A stretch of DNA of 40,000 bases from positions 1 through 40,000 of the forward strand of contig JBOGQX010000062.1 in NCBI GenBank assembly GCA_050749285.1. Direction: 5' to 3'. Positions 7,285 through 15,782 of this stretch are shown here, piece by piece. Origin of the DNA: Nitrosotalea sp. Lineage in GTDB: Archaea > Thermoproteota > Nitrososphaeria > Nitrososphaerales > Nitrosopumilaceae. The notes under the pieces are model-generated. The model did no database searches. It worked only from the letters and a program-made list of their open reading frames with translations, and was not told where the DNA came from. Every line of letters starts with the position of its first letter. Positions within the stretch are counted from its first letter, which is position 1. Both the position numbers and the translations under genes were made by a program.

Positions 7285-7538
7285 GCTTCAACCTCACTAT
7301 CAGTCATGAAAATCCTAAACCTTGCCAGTTTTGGTTCGTTTTTATCCCCTAATGGATACATTAGATGTCTTTTTTATGCTCTAGTATTTAACCTATTTCC
7401 TATGAGACACCGGATGAATAGGTAGAACTCCTTCATGGATGGGTGTGCTGCACGAGACAAAACAGCATCAAATTGACCAGAAGAAATACTGTATTACAGA
7501 CAGCTTTTTATTACATAATTTATCCATGTATGGATATA

Positions 7539-7688
7539 ATGGCATATTCAAGTGGATACACATCCGTAAAAGTGCCTAAAACATTGGCTGAAAAAATCAA
7601 CGTAGTTGCTGAAAAAGAAGGCTATCGCTCGGTCTCGGAATTTTTGTTAGATGCTGCGAGAAGACGTCTAGAAGACTTTCAAAAGTAA
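7539..7688 (+). CDS. Ribbon-helix-helix (CopG/Arc-like) DNA-binding protein, 49 aa
   Basis: MAYSSGYTSVKVPKTLAEKINVVAEKEGYRSVSEFLLDAARRRLEDF shows the classic RHH pattern of beta strand, helix and helix. The track ORF starts at GTG 7443, but its first 32 aa look non-protein-like. A TATA-like TTTTTATTA at 7505-7513 lies about 26 nt before ATG 7539. An oligo-T tract follows the stop. Confidence 0.7.
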   Translation: MAYSSGYTSVKVPKTLAEKINVVAEKEGYRSVSEFLLDAARRRLEDFQK

Positions 7689-8064
7689 CTTCTTTTCTTT
7701 TTTGTTTTAAGGGCGTAGTATACTAGTGGAAACCATCGTTTGATCTGGTCGCAGTGACTAGTCATAATTTTCTTTTTCGTATATCAACTTTCGGAGAAAG
7801 AAAATCTCAAGCCACATTCCATCTAGTGGTTGTGATCGCTTTACCTTTTGACAGAATTCTTATTCACCAAGAGTGAATGGTGAATATTGCGTGTAGAATC
7901 AGCTAATCATTTTAGATCAATACATAAATAGTCGATAGTTGCTTTCTTGTAAAATATGGCGGAAATTGATTTTCACAGCAGCTCAAAAAAAATAGTAATC
8001 CCAGAAGCAGCCTTCAAGTTACTAGCAGAAAACAAGAAAAAAGACTAGTCTTAACATATTAATT

Positions 8065-9576
8065 TTATTGTGAACGAGCCACTGCCTGGGCAATAATATT
8101 TCTTACTGTTCGGACCTCTTCTCTGGACGATTCTCTTTTCCTTCTATTTGGTATTAGATAAAAAACAAATAGGTTTGGAAAGTCTTCCCATTCTTCATTT
8201 ATTTTTACGGCATATGGCGAAATTGTAGTAAGTTCTCTTAATTTATCATCTTTGGAAGTACCAAATATCAAAATAGTATTTTTTTCAGATAGTGGTTCGT
8301 ATGGTTTCCTCGGAAAATCCTCAGAAAACACGTAAATGTCTCTAAGAGGATTTCCTTTATCTTCAAACATTTCCTTTAACAAAGGTGGCGACTTTTCTAA
8401 AAAAAATGAATTAATTTTAGATAGTACAACTTTGTTATCTTCAAAGAGATCTGATTCTTCCTTAATTTTTTCGATCATCGAACTGTAATCCATAATATGT
8501 TTAAAAACCGATATTGGTAAATATCGCCTGTCTACAATCCCGAAAAATTTATGATAAGAACTTTTTCTACTAACGAATTTTTTAATTATGGAGAGAACAT
8601 TTTCATCGGTTGATTTTCCCTCAGCATATGAAGTCCAATGAAATAATTCAGCAATTTCCTCCCTCTCGTGTATTATCCTCTCAATGGCACGTCTTATTAG
8701 GGCATTAGTGGCTGTGACTGCATGATGCTGATAAAACCATTTGTACATTTTAAATCGAGCATCTAGCATATCTTCTACGTTACCTAAAGCCCTTGCATGA
8801 ATAGCAATTTCGAATTTTCCAGGTCTTTTTCTTTTTACAATGGACATATTATTAATTATTCTGGTAATGTCGGTACGCCCAAATTGCACACCTGACATTA
8901 GGCTGTCACGTAACAGATAGTCCATTCTATCAGCATCTAATTGACTTGAAATAATTTTTCTTAAAATTGAATATCCCTGAGGATATTTCTTAGCATAAGT
9001 TATTGGTGCTTTGACCAATAGTGAAGAGATTGATTTGAGAAGGTTCTCACCTCCTTGGGAATGCTGTTTAATTGTTTTTGCTATTTCTCCACTATTGACC
9101 AACTTGTACGAGAAAAACTCATGGATTGGAATATCATCTTCATCTTCCATAAACAGTTTTTTTGCTTCACTAATCTCCTTTTTGTGATAAAGTTTTGTCA
9201 CTTCAAGCATCGCTCTTTCTGCAGAATGAGAAAATGGGCCGTGACCAATATCGTGAAAGAGGCATGCCAGTCTAACACTTTTTATAATAAATTCCTTTTT
9301 CGATTTTTTGAATAGTTCATCATAGTAGTCATCCGATGTGTTTTGTATTAGTTGCGTTATAATTTGATGGCCCACGTGTAATGCACCTATAACGTGTGAA
9401 AATCGTGTTGTCACGGATCCTGGAAAGGTAAGATACGCAGTAGCTGTCTGTTTAACATAATGTAACCTATTGAGTGTGGGTAACTGTAGCAAATCATATT
9501 CCAGAGTTGTCAAAGGAATTGGTCCGTGAACAGGGTCTCCTATGATTTTTGGGAGAGACAGCTTTGGAACATCCAC
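8065..9576 (-). CDS. HD-domain dNTP triphosphohydrolase (SAMHD1 / COG1078 / dGTPase-like)
   Basis: DPVHGPIPL...LNRLHYVKQT...TRFSHVIGALHVG, CLFHDIGHGPFSHSAE and QLDADRMDYLLRDS are the hallmark motifs of SAMHD1-type HD dNTPases. It has a GTG start. Confidence 0.85.
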   Translation of the reverse strand: MDVPKLSLPKIIGDPVHGPIPLTTLEYDLLQLPTLNRLHYVKQTATAYLTFPGSVTTRFSHVIGALHVGHQIITQLIQNTSDDYYDELFKKSKKEFIIKSVRLACLFHDIGHGPFSHSAERAMLEVTKLYHKKEISEAKKLFMEDEDDIPIHEFFSYKLVNSGEIAKTIKQHSQGGENLLKSISSLLVKAPITYAKKYPQGYSILRKIISSQLDADRMDYLLRDSLMSGVQFGRTDITRIINNMSIVKRKRPGKFEIAIHARALGNVEDMLDARFKMYKWFYQHHAVTATNALIRRAIERIIHEREEIAELFHWTSYAEGKSTDENVLSIIKKFVSRKSSYHKFFGIVDRRYLPISVFKHIMDYSSMIEKIKEESDLFEDNKVVLSKINSFFLEKSPPLLKEMFEDKGNPLRDIYVFSEDFPRKPYEPLSEKNTILIFGTSKDDKLRELTTISPYAVKINEEWEDFPNLFVFYLIPNRRKRESSREEVRTVRNIIAQAVARSQ

Positions 9577-9847
9577 AGGTAGACAAGGTGAATCATGCTG
9601 ATAAATTTAGTTATTAATATCATGACAGGATGGAAAAAATCAGCTTCTATTTTGGTTAGCTCTTCTGTTTTCCAGTTTCTATCTTCCATGTATTTGTCAC
9701 AAAAAGCAGACAGCTTCTCAAATCTTTCCTTTTACACTTCAAGTTCAATGGATTTGCCACCTTCAACATTGAATCTGAAGTGCTAATTCATCATTGGAAA
9801 AAACTGGACTAAATATCTTATAGGGGAAAATTACTGCATTTTGTATG

Positions 9848-9976
9848 TCAAGTAATGTATTGTTTTGAAACCTTAACCGCAATTGGTTTGAATTGAAAAG
9901 TTTCTATAAGAATTACTAAAAGTACAATGAAAGAAATAGCAATAACACATATGGCAATAATTAGGATTGTTTCCAT
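9848..9976 (-). CDS. Possible 42-aa single-pass membrane peptide directly downstream of cas1
   Basis: My translation is METILIIAICVIAISFIVLLVILIETFQFKPIAVKVSKQYIT. It starts 14 nt after the Cas1 stop on the same strand. It is below the size cut-off of the ORF track, and short AT-rich ORFs often arise by chance. Confidence 0.2.
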   Translation of the reverse strand: METILIIAICVIAISFIVLLVILIETFQFKPIAVKVSKQYIT

Positions 9977-9990
9977 GATGTACTTTCAAA

Positions 9991-11124
9991 TCACTCTGTT
10001 CTATTAAGTTGCCCGTTGAATCCAAATTTTCTTAATTCTATACATTTCATTTTCATAATCGTAATCTCCTCCATCATCTGATAACCATCCTTCCTTCTGA
10101 TCCCACTTCTTGCTTTGTATGGTCTTTTTCTGTCAAAAATAGTAGAAAGCAAATCAATGTATTTTTTCTTCAAATCATCAGATAATACCACAATCCCATA
10201 TCTAGAAAATGTGTAATCCTTCTTGCGTATCTGATTTTGAATCTCAAGGACGCTTCTATCTATCAAATGTCTAAAGGGTTCTATCATATCATACACCAAT
10301 GCTAATTGAGACTCATGGTTTCTGTGATAGAAGCCGACATAGCAATCAAGACCTAGTGAATTGAGTTGCTTTGCTACCTCTGCATACAAGATACCAAATC
10401 CATAATTCAGAAGACCATTGATTACATCTGATGCATCTTTAGGTCTAAATGTTCTAGCATTATTCCTAGAATGAAATCCCAGCTCGGAATCAAATAATAA
10501 TGAAAAATTAGGATAATAGATTTTTGCAATGTCACTTTCAACCTTCATTATTTCACGTAGTTCATGAGCAGAATCAAGTCCCTTCAGTCGTTGTTTCATT
10601 GTTGATATTATCTTTCTAATCTTCTCTTTTACCTCTGGCTTTACCTTAAGAGAATAATTCATTCCAGAAGACTGATTATTACAGATCTGCCACTTTCTAT
10701 TGTACGAGTTATAGACTCGTTTTGGTTCTGCCACAAACTCCTCAAACAGTCTGATTTGTGATTCAATCCTTTGTGATATTAGCCACTTTCTAAGAAATTC
10801 TAACCTCTTTAGATCTCTGAAAGTATCATACTGTTTTTGTCTAACTAATGGTTCATGACCTCCAATTTTATGAAAGTAGCTGAATAACTTGCCACGCTTG
10901 TCAAGCATTACAACATTGATTTTAGAATCTGCAAGTCGTTCTAGCGCCTCAGTGGATACGTATCCCCTGCCTTGGATTACAACCTTGTCAAATGGACAAG
11001 CACTAGCTGGTAGCTCTAGAATTTCTCTTTTGTTTGAGAAAGGATCAATTCCTTGTGAAAATACCAATCGTGTGTTTTGTACTTTGATCGAGAGGCCATA
11101 GCCATGAAGGAATAAGGATTTCAT
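9991..11124 (-). CDS. cas1: Cas1-family integrase (casposase)
   Basis: Cas1 signatures are VESDIAKIYYPNF, VINGLLNYGFGILYAEV and GFYHRNHESQLALVYDMIEPFRHLIDRSV (catalytic E/H/D region). There is a 4-nt overlap with the upstream HNH gene. No Cas2 or CRISPR array is present in the window. Confidence 0.9.
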   Translation of the reverse strand: MKSLFLHGYGLSIKVQNTRLVFSQGIDPFSNKREILELPASACPFDKVVIQGRGYVSTEALERLADSKINVVMLDKRGKLFSYFHKIGGHEPLVRQKQYDTFRDLKRLEFLRKWLISQRIESQIRLFEEFVAEPKRVYNSYNRKWQICNNQSSGMNYSLKVKPEVKEKIRKIISTMKQRLKGLDSAHELREIMKVESDIAKIYYPNFSLLFDSELGFHSRNNARTFRPKDASDVINGLLNYGFGILYAEVAKQLNSLGLDCYVGFYHRNHESQLALVYDMIEPFRHLIDRSVLEIQNQIRKKDYTFSRYGIVVLSDDLKKKYIDLLSTIFDRKRPYKARSGIRRKDGYQMMEEITIMKMKCIELRKFGFNGQLNRTE

Positions 11125-11480
11125 TTCTTCGAAGAATGCCCTTTCTTGAAATTACACTGATAACATAGCGGCTGAATGTTGTCTATGCTATCGCTACCGC
11201 CTTCTAACAGAGGAATAATGTGATCTTCAGTTATCTTGTATTTGGCAGAACCTTTTGAGAATGGTATATCTTCCCATTTCCTATTACACCTAGGACATCT
11301 ATCATATTGTTTGAGTTTATCTTGAAATTCCTTATCGGTGTGGGTGCCTACCGCGTTTCTTTTTCTTGTATTGTAGGTTTTTGCCCTCAATTGCCTACAG
11401 GTCTTACAGTATTTGTGAACTTTACCACTAGTTGATGTCCAAGTGCTCCAGTTATCATGGCCTTTTCCACACTGTGTCAT
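11121..11480 (-). CDS. HNH endonuclease (119 aa)
   Basis: ITEDHIIPLLEGGSDSIDNIQPLCYQCNFKKG is an HNH motif. CxxC pairs (CKTC, CPRC, CYQC) indicate zinc binding. Confidence 0.85.
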   Translation of the reverse strand: MTQCGKGHDNWSTWTSTSGKVHKYCKTCRQLRAKTYNTRKRNAVGTHTDKEFQDKLKQYDRCPRCNRKWEDIPFSKGSAKYKITEDHIIPLLEGGSDSIDNIQPLCYQCNFKKGHSSKK

Positions 11481-11696
11481 TTACCGTAATTCGCTCTTCT
11501 TTTTGTCGGTGCCTTCAACAATGTTGTGGCATTTCCTACAATAGATCACAATATTCTGCCATCGATCATCTTTTGCTATGTGGTTTCTGTGATGAATTGT
11601 AAGATCAACCTCTGGAATTCCCTTCTTGCATCTCTCGCATTTTGCGTTAAAATATCTCAGAATTGCAGTTTGATTGAAGCGTTTTCGGCTACTCAT
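11481..11696 (-). CDS. HNH endonuclease (71 aa)
   Basis: CERC...LTIHHRNHIAKDDRWQNIVIYCRKCHNIVEG gives an HNH core with two Cys pairs. It abuts the second HNH gene with no gap. Confidence 0.75.
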   Translation of the reverse strand: MSSRKRFNQTAILRYFNAKCERCKKGIPEVDLTIHHRNHIAKDDRWQNIVIYCRKCHNIVEGTDKKKSELR

Positions 11697-11914
11697 GAAG
11701 GAATTGATCTATTCTAAACAAAATACTTTACGACCAGCGTCATATTTCTATGCGTAATTTGGGGGGATACTATTTTTATTGAACCGCAGTAAAAATGGAA
11801 TACCCCTCGTTGAAGGGAAACATGCTTTTGTCATAAATTTTATCTAATTCAGAAATTATCATTTGATTTCACAGTCGACAGATCCTTTAACTAGGAACTG
11901 TACATAGCGGAATC

Positions 11915-12256
11915 ATGGGCCAGAAAATATCAGGGATAGAGAAGTTTCTTTCTCCATCGTTAAACAAAATAGAGGAAGAATTAAGATCAATTCATGCTGA
12001 GATTAATATAGTAAAGGCAAGAATGGATGAGACTGACAATAGGTTGACAAAGTTAGAAGAGGATCATAGACGTCTTACAACTAGGATGGATAAGACCGAC
12101 AATGGACTGACAACCGAGCCAAAAATCCTAATTGATAACATAAATGAAATGGAAAAGCAGAATAGAGATGAGATTGATGTTCTAAAGCGCGTCATGGATG
12201 TCGCACAAAGAAGGTTAGTCATTCTTGAAGCCAAAATGAAAGAGCTTGGCAAATGA
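11915..12256 (+). CDS. Coiled-coil protein with internal repeat (113 aa)
   Basis: It has heptad-like charged sequence with the repeated unit RMDETDNRLTKLEE / RMDKTDNGLTTE. An antisense ORF at 12064..12252 is disregarded. Confidence 0.5.
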   Translation: MGQKISGIEKFLSPSLNKIEEELRSIHAEINIVKARMDETDNRLTKLEEDHRRLTTRMDKTDNGLTTEPKILIDNINEMEKQNRDEIDVLKRVMDVAQRRLVILEAKMKELGK

Positions 12257-12283
12257 ATTAATTCCCACTTTGTGCATTGTCTA

Positions 12284-13006
12284 CTACTTGCCCGTAGTAA
12301 TTTCTATGCTAGCACATGAAAAAGTTGAAACATCACGTATTTCACTTGTATCTTGACCTGAGAATCGATATGTATCTTTGAGGTCATTTACATAAGGATA
12401 GTATGATTGAAATTTACACTTGGTGTAATGTACGGTTTCAATTATTGAACTATCACCTGCAATAATATCTATTGCAACATCAAACAGTGGGTAGTCGGAA
12501 TTTGTCGCCGCTATATTCATGTACTGATTAATGAAATTATAGTAACTTTGTTTATCTTTAGTCGGTATTGATTCCAAATAAAATTGTGGAGGTCCACCAG
12601 AGTCTGTTGCTGGTGCGCTGGGACCACCTTCTGTTACTCCAAACATACCGATTTTTGAAAAAGTGTTAATGGTCATAGTGTTGGTAGCTGTGGTAAAATG
12701 AACTACAAACGATTGCGCCATTGTGTCAGGACTCAAATTTGAGTTGGTTGCAGTTACTGTTGTAGTTGGTATTGGATTTGGTATTTGAGTTGGGATTTGA
12801 ATTATCCCTTGAGTAATGAGATATTGTAAACCTTTAACGTATTCTGTGTCTGTGATATTTCCTTCCGACCACCACTTAGCATTATTTTTTATCCACTGAG
12901 GAATAACAATTTGTTGAGCAGAAGCCTCGAAGGATACAGTAGCAACAGCTAGAATTCCAATAATCAAAGATAGGTAAACAATTTTGATTAATTTCAATAA
13001 ATTCAT
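12284..13006 (-). CDS. Secreted or cell-surface protein (signal peptide)
   Basis: The N-terminus MNLLKLIKIVYLSLIIGILAVATVSFEASAQQ is a signal peptide. It is followed by an IPQWIKNNAKWWSEGNITDTEYVKGLQYLITQGII module that, as I recall, recurs in thaumarchaeal extracellular proteins. Confidence 0.6.
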   Translation of the reverse strand: MNLLKLIKIVYLSLIIGILAVATVSFEASAQQIVIPQWIKNNAKWWSEGNITDTEYVKGLQYLITQGIIQIPTQIPNPIPTTTVTATNSNLSPDTMAQSFVVHFTTATNTMTINTFSKIGMFGVTEGGPSAPATDSGGPPQFYLESIPTKDKQSYYNFINQYMNIAATNSDYPLFDVAIDIIAGDSSIIETVHYTKCKFQSYYPYVNDLKDTYRFSGQDTSEIRDVSTFSCASIEITTGK

Positions 13007-13087
13007 TTTTGATAAAAACTACATAAATGTATTCTAGCGAAGATGATAACTATCAGCTCTAAAATTTACGACTTTTTCAATCTTTTT

Positions 13088-14095
13088 TTATTGATTTTTG
13101 CTGACAAATGTCAACACATCATCCAGTGTGGGCGGAATTCCTTGTGTATTACCAACGTAAAGCGATGCTGCACCGTTTGCAAAGAGTAATCGCTCGTATG
13201 GATCTAAATTTGCCAAATATCCAACTATATTTGCAGCATCCCACACATCACCTGCCCCAGTAACAAAATTAGGTTCAACGGAAAATGACTTGGCAAAATC
13301 AACCTCTTTTCCGTTTGACCAATATGCCCCAGAAGAAATGTGAAGATCAATAGAAACTAAGGTCTTTTTTGACAAGTCAAGAATTAATTTTCTAGTTTCT
13401 TCCACATCAGATATGCCTTCCAAACCATATTGCTTTAGGAGTATATTGCACTCGTTTTCGTTAATACACAAAGAATCCAACAAGATACCAAGTTCACTAA
13501 TGGCATTTTTGAACTCGCTTGGTCTTGTTTGTACATCTGCAGGATCTAAAAAATGCATGGCTCTTGGGGATTTTTCGAATACAAATTTACAAAGTTCTGT
13601 TCCTTTTTCATTACTTGCCCAATTTGCAACAATTACAGCATCTGAATTTCTAATTGCTTTCTGTTCTTTTGGTCCAAGTTTCTCAGGTCCAAAATTTTCG
13701 TTATCACCTAGATCTGAGAGCATTATGTTTACAATTTTGCCGTCGTTACGAAACTCAAGTGATGTTGTCCTACCCGGTTTGCCATCAATTACAAAAAGAG
13801 AAGCTTTTTGAAATTCTGAGAATGTGTCCCTTAGGAGAGTTGCACTTGCTTTATCAGCCACAGTAATTAGAGTGATTGTACATCCAAGCCTAGCAAGAGC
13901 ATATGCAACATTTGTTGCGTTGCCTCCCTTGAGGTCCTTTTGAGATATACCACGAATACTTCCTCCAAATTTACTTTTTTCTAATATTTGTTGATAGACT
14001 TTTTCAATATCTGAAATCTTGACTATCCTGTCCAGAAAAAAATCGTTTAGAACAACAACTGAGCCTAAGTTTAGATTTTGCAGTTTTTCTAACAT
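13088..14095 (-). CDS. PfkB-family (ribokinase-like) sugar/nucleoside kinase
   Basis: GGNATNVAYALARLG is the N-terminal PfkB motif. TGAGDVWDAANIVGYL is the C-terminal PfkB signature. Confidence 0.8.
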   Translation of the reverse strand: MLEKLQNLNLGSVVVLNDFFLDRIVKISDIEKVYQQILEKSKFGGSIRGISQKDLKGGNATNVAYALARLGCTITLITVADKASATLLRDTFSEFQKASLFVIDGKPGRTTSLEFRNDGKIVNIMLSDLGDNENFGPEKLGPKEQKAIRNSDAVIVANWASNEKGTELCKFVFEKSPRAMHFLDPADVQTRPSEFKNAISELGILLDSLCINENECNILLKQYGLEGISDVEETRKLILDLSKKTLVSIDLHISSGAYWSNGKEVDFAKSFSVEPNFVTGAGDVWDAANIVGYLANLDPYERLLFANGAASLYVGNTQGIPPTLDDVLTFVSKNQ

Positions 14096-14104
14096 GAAAA
14101 GGAT

Positions 14105-15739
14105 TTAGCCCATTGGCGGCATTGGCGGTCCTCTTGCTCCACCACCCTTACCACCAGAGGATGCAATTACATCATCTATTCGGAGGATCATACATGCTGC
14201 TTCTGTAGCAGATTTTATTATCTGTTCTTTTACCGCAACTGGCTCTATGATATCCAAAGAATACATATCTGCTACTCTAGTGTTTCTTGCGTCTATTCCG
14301 GTCCATTTCTTACCTTGGCTTTGTTTTGCTCTTAGTGTTACCATGGTATTGATAGGATCCATTCCAGCGTTTTCTGCTATTGTCAGTGGAATTATCTCAA
14401 GTGCTTCAGCATATTTTTTAATTGCAAGCTGTTCTCTTCCCTCAAACCTATCTGCCCAGTCTTTTAGATGTGATGCCAGATATTCTTCAGGCGCACCACC
14501 TCCAGCTACTACTGCTGGTTTTTCAATTACATCTTTTACAACCATGAGTGCATCATGAAGTGATCTATCAACCTCATCAACAACTCTTTGCGAGCCTCCT
14601 CTTATCAATATGGTAATCGCTCTTGGATTTTTGCATCCTTCAATGAATACCCATTTTTCTGTTTCCACCTTTCGTTGTTCAACTAGTTCTGCTGTACCAA
14701 GATCCTTTGGAGTCATATCATCAATATTACTGCTAATTCTTCCTCCACAAGCTTTTGCAAGTTTTGTCATGTCACTTTCTTTTACTCTTCTTACTGACAA
14801 GATTCCTTGCTTAGCAAGATAGTGTTGAGCAATATCGTCTATTCCTTTCTGACAGATTAAGACGTTGGTACCTATTTCATGAATCTTGTCTACCATAGAT
14901 TTTAGCATTCTATTTTCTTCTTCAAGGAACATTTGCATCTGAGTGGGGTCTGTAATTCTTATCTCTGCACTCATCTCAGTTTTTTCTATCTCAAGTGCTG
15001 AGTTGAGAAGTGCAATCTTTGCCTTCTCTATTTTTGTTGGCATCCCACTGTGCACAACTTCCTTGTCGAGAACAATACCCTTGATAAGTTTTGTATTTCT
15101 AATAGAACCTCCTGCCTTCTTTTCAACTTTGACATTATCTAGATCTACTTTATTTCCCTCAGCTTCCTTTTCAACTACTTGTAAAATCGCATCTACAACG
15201 AGCTTGGAAAGCATGTCACTGTCTTCTGAGACTAGTTTTGATTCCATACTAGTTTTTGCAACTTTGAGGAGAACATCTCTCTCGTTTGGGCTTACAGGCT
15301 TTGCAAGTTCTTGTAGCAACAACAGAGCTTTTTCAGATGCGGCCTGAAATCCTTCAATAATTACTGTAGCATGAACATCTTTTTCTAAAAGTTCTTCGGC
15401 TTTTGCCAGAAGAGAACCACCAAAAACAACAGATGATGTTGTACCATCTCCTACTTCATTGTCAACGGTCTTTGAAATCTCTACCATCATTTTAGCAGCA
15501 GGATGCTGAACATCAATCTCTTTTAGAATAGTAGCACCGTCGTTGGTAATTGTAACATCGCCTAATGAATCTACAAGCATCTTATCCATTCCCCGTGGAC
15601 CTAGGCTTGTTCGTACAAGTTCAGCGACTAGTTTTGCCGCTGCAATATTATTTTTTTGAGCATCGCGTCCCTTTTGTTGCAGTGCGCTTTCTTTTAACAC
15701 AAGAACAGGACCTTGTGGTGTTTGTTGAATTGAAGCCAA
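14105..15739 (-). CDS. ths: Thermosome subunit (group II chaperonin)
   Basis: [23 protein letters not shown] and [10 protein letters not shown] match group II chaperonins. It has a C-terminal GGM-like tail ([16 protein letters not shown]). Confidence 0.95.
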   Translation of the reverse strand: MASIQQTPQGPVLVLKESALQQKGRDAQKNNIAAAKLVAELVRTSLGPRGMDKMLVDSLGDVTITNDGATILKEIDVQHPAAKMMVEISKTVDNEVGDGTTSSVVFGGSLLAKAEELLEKDVHATVIIEGFQAASEKALLLLQELAKPVSPNERDVLLKVAKTSMESKLVSEDSDMLSKLVVDAILQVVEKEAEGNKVDLDNVKVEKKAGGSIRNTKLIKGIVLDKEVVHSGMPTKIEKAKIALLNSALEIEKTEMSAEIRITDPTQMQMFLEEENRMLKSMVDKIHEIGTNVLICQKGIDDIAQHYLAKQGILSVRRVKESDMTKLAKACGGRISSNIDDMTPKDLGTAELVEQRKVETEKWVFIEGCKNPRAITILIRGGSQRVVDEVDRSLHDALMVVKDVIEKPAVVAGGGAPEEYLASHLKDWADRFEGREQLAIKKYAEALEIIPLTIAENAGMDPINTMVTLRAKQSQGKKWTGIDARNTRVADMYSLDIIEPVAVKEQIIKSATEAACMILRIDDVIASSGGKGGGARGPPMPPMG

Positions 15740-15782
15740 AATTATTCCCTGTGTTCGTAATTTGGCTGCCCCTTTTAATACC

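Larger units (their letters stand above)
1644..11901. mobile_element. Casposon (family-1-like: Cas1 casposase + protein-primed PolB + two HNH nucleases) carrying defence-like cargo; boundaries tentative
   Basis: Solo Cas1, two HNH genes and a pPolB occur together with no CRISPR array or Cas2. The gene-defined core is 1686..11696. The tentative ends rest on an inverted core TCCTAGT (1644-1650) / ACTAGGA (11890-11896) with imperfect extension, and on a flanking 8/10 direct repeat ccatagtgga (1634-1643) / acatagcgga (11902-11911). The confidence value refers to element identity. Confidence in the boundaries is about 0.3. Confidence 0.7.

Noticed and set aside
7443-7538. N-terminal 32 codons of the track ORF 7443..7688
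   Set aside because: The GTG-initiated extension (MCCTRQNSIKLTRRNTVLQTAFYYIIYPC) is not protein-like and covers the TATA-like box. The RHH domain starts at ATG 7539.
7711-7765. tRNA-like beginning GGGCGTAGTATACTAGTGGAAACC...
   Set aside because: There is no complementary D-stem, no T-loop (GTTCRAATC-like) and no 3-prime acceptor complement. It cannot be folded into a cloverleaf by eye.
9595-9786. 63-aa plus-strand ORF in the spacer between the HD gene and cas1
   Set aside because: It has low-complexity Ser/Leu-rich sequence and no motif. A minus-strand fragment in the same spacer (…KLSAFCDKYMEDRNWKTEELTKIEADFF…) looks more protein-like but is interrupted by a stop. It is possibly a gene remnant and cannot be supported as a gene.
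14247-15347. Several 70-134-aa plus-strand ORFs antisense to the thermosome gene, with similar antisense ORFs inside cobS, cbiB, asd, the PfkB kinase gene, the adenine deaminase gene, phoU and the CitE-like and MDR genes
   Set aside because: They are fully embedded opposite strongly supported genes. Their Ser/Leu/Phe-rich composition is typical of antisense frames, and they have no motifs.
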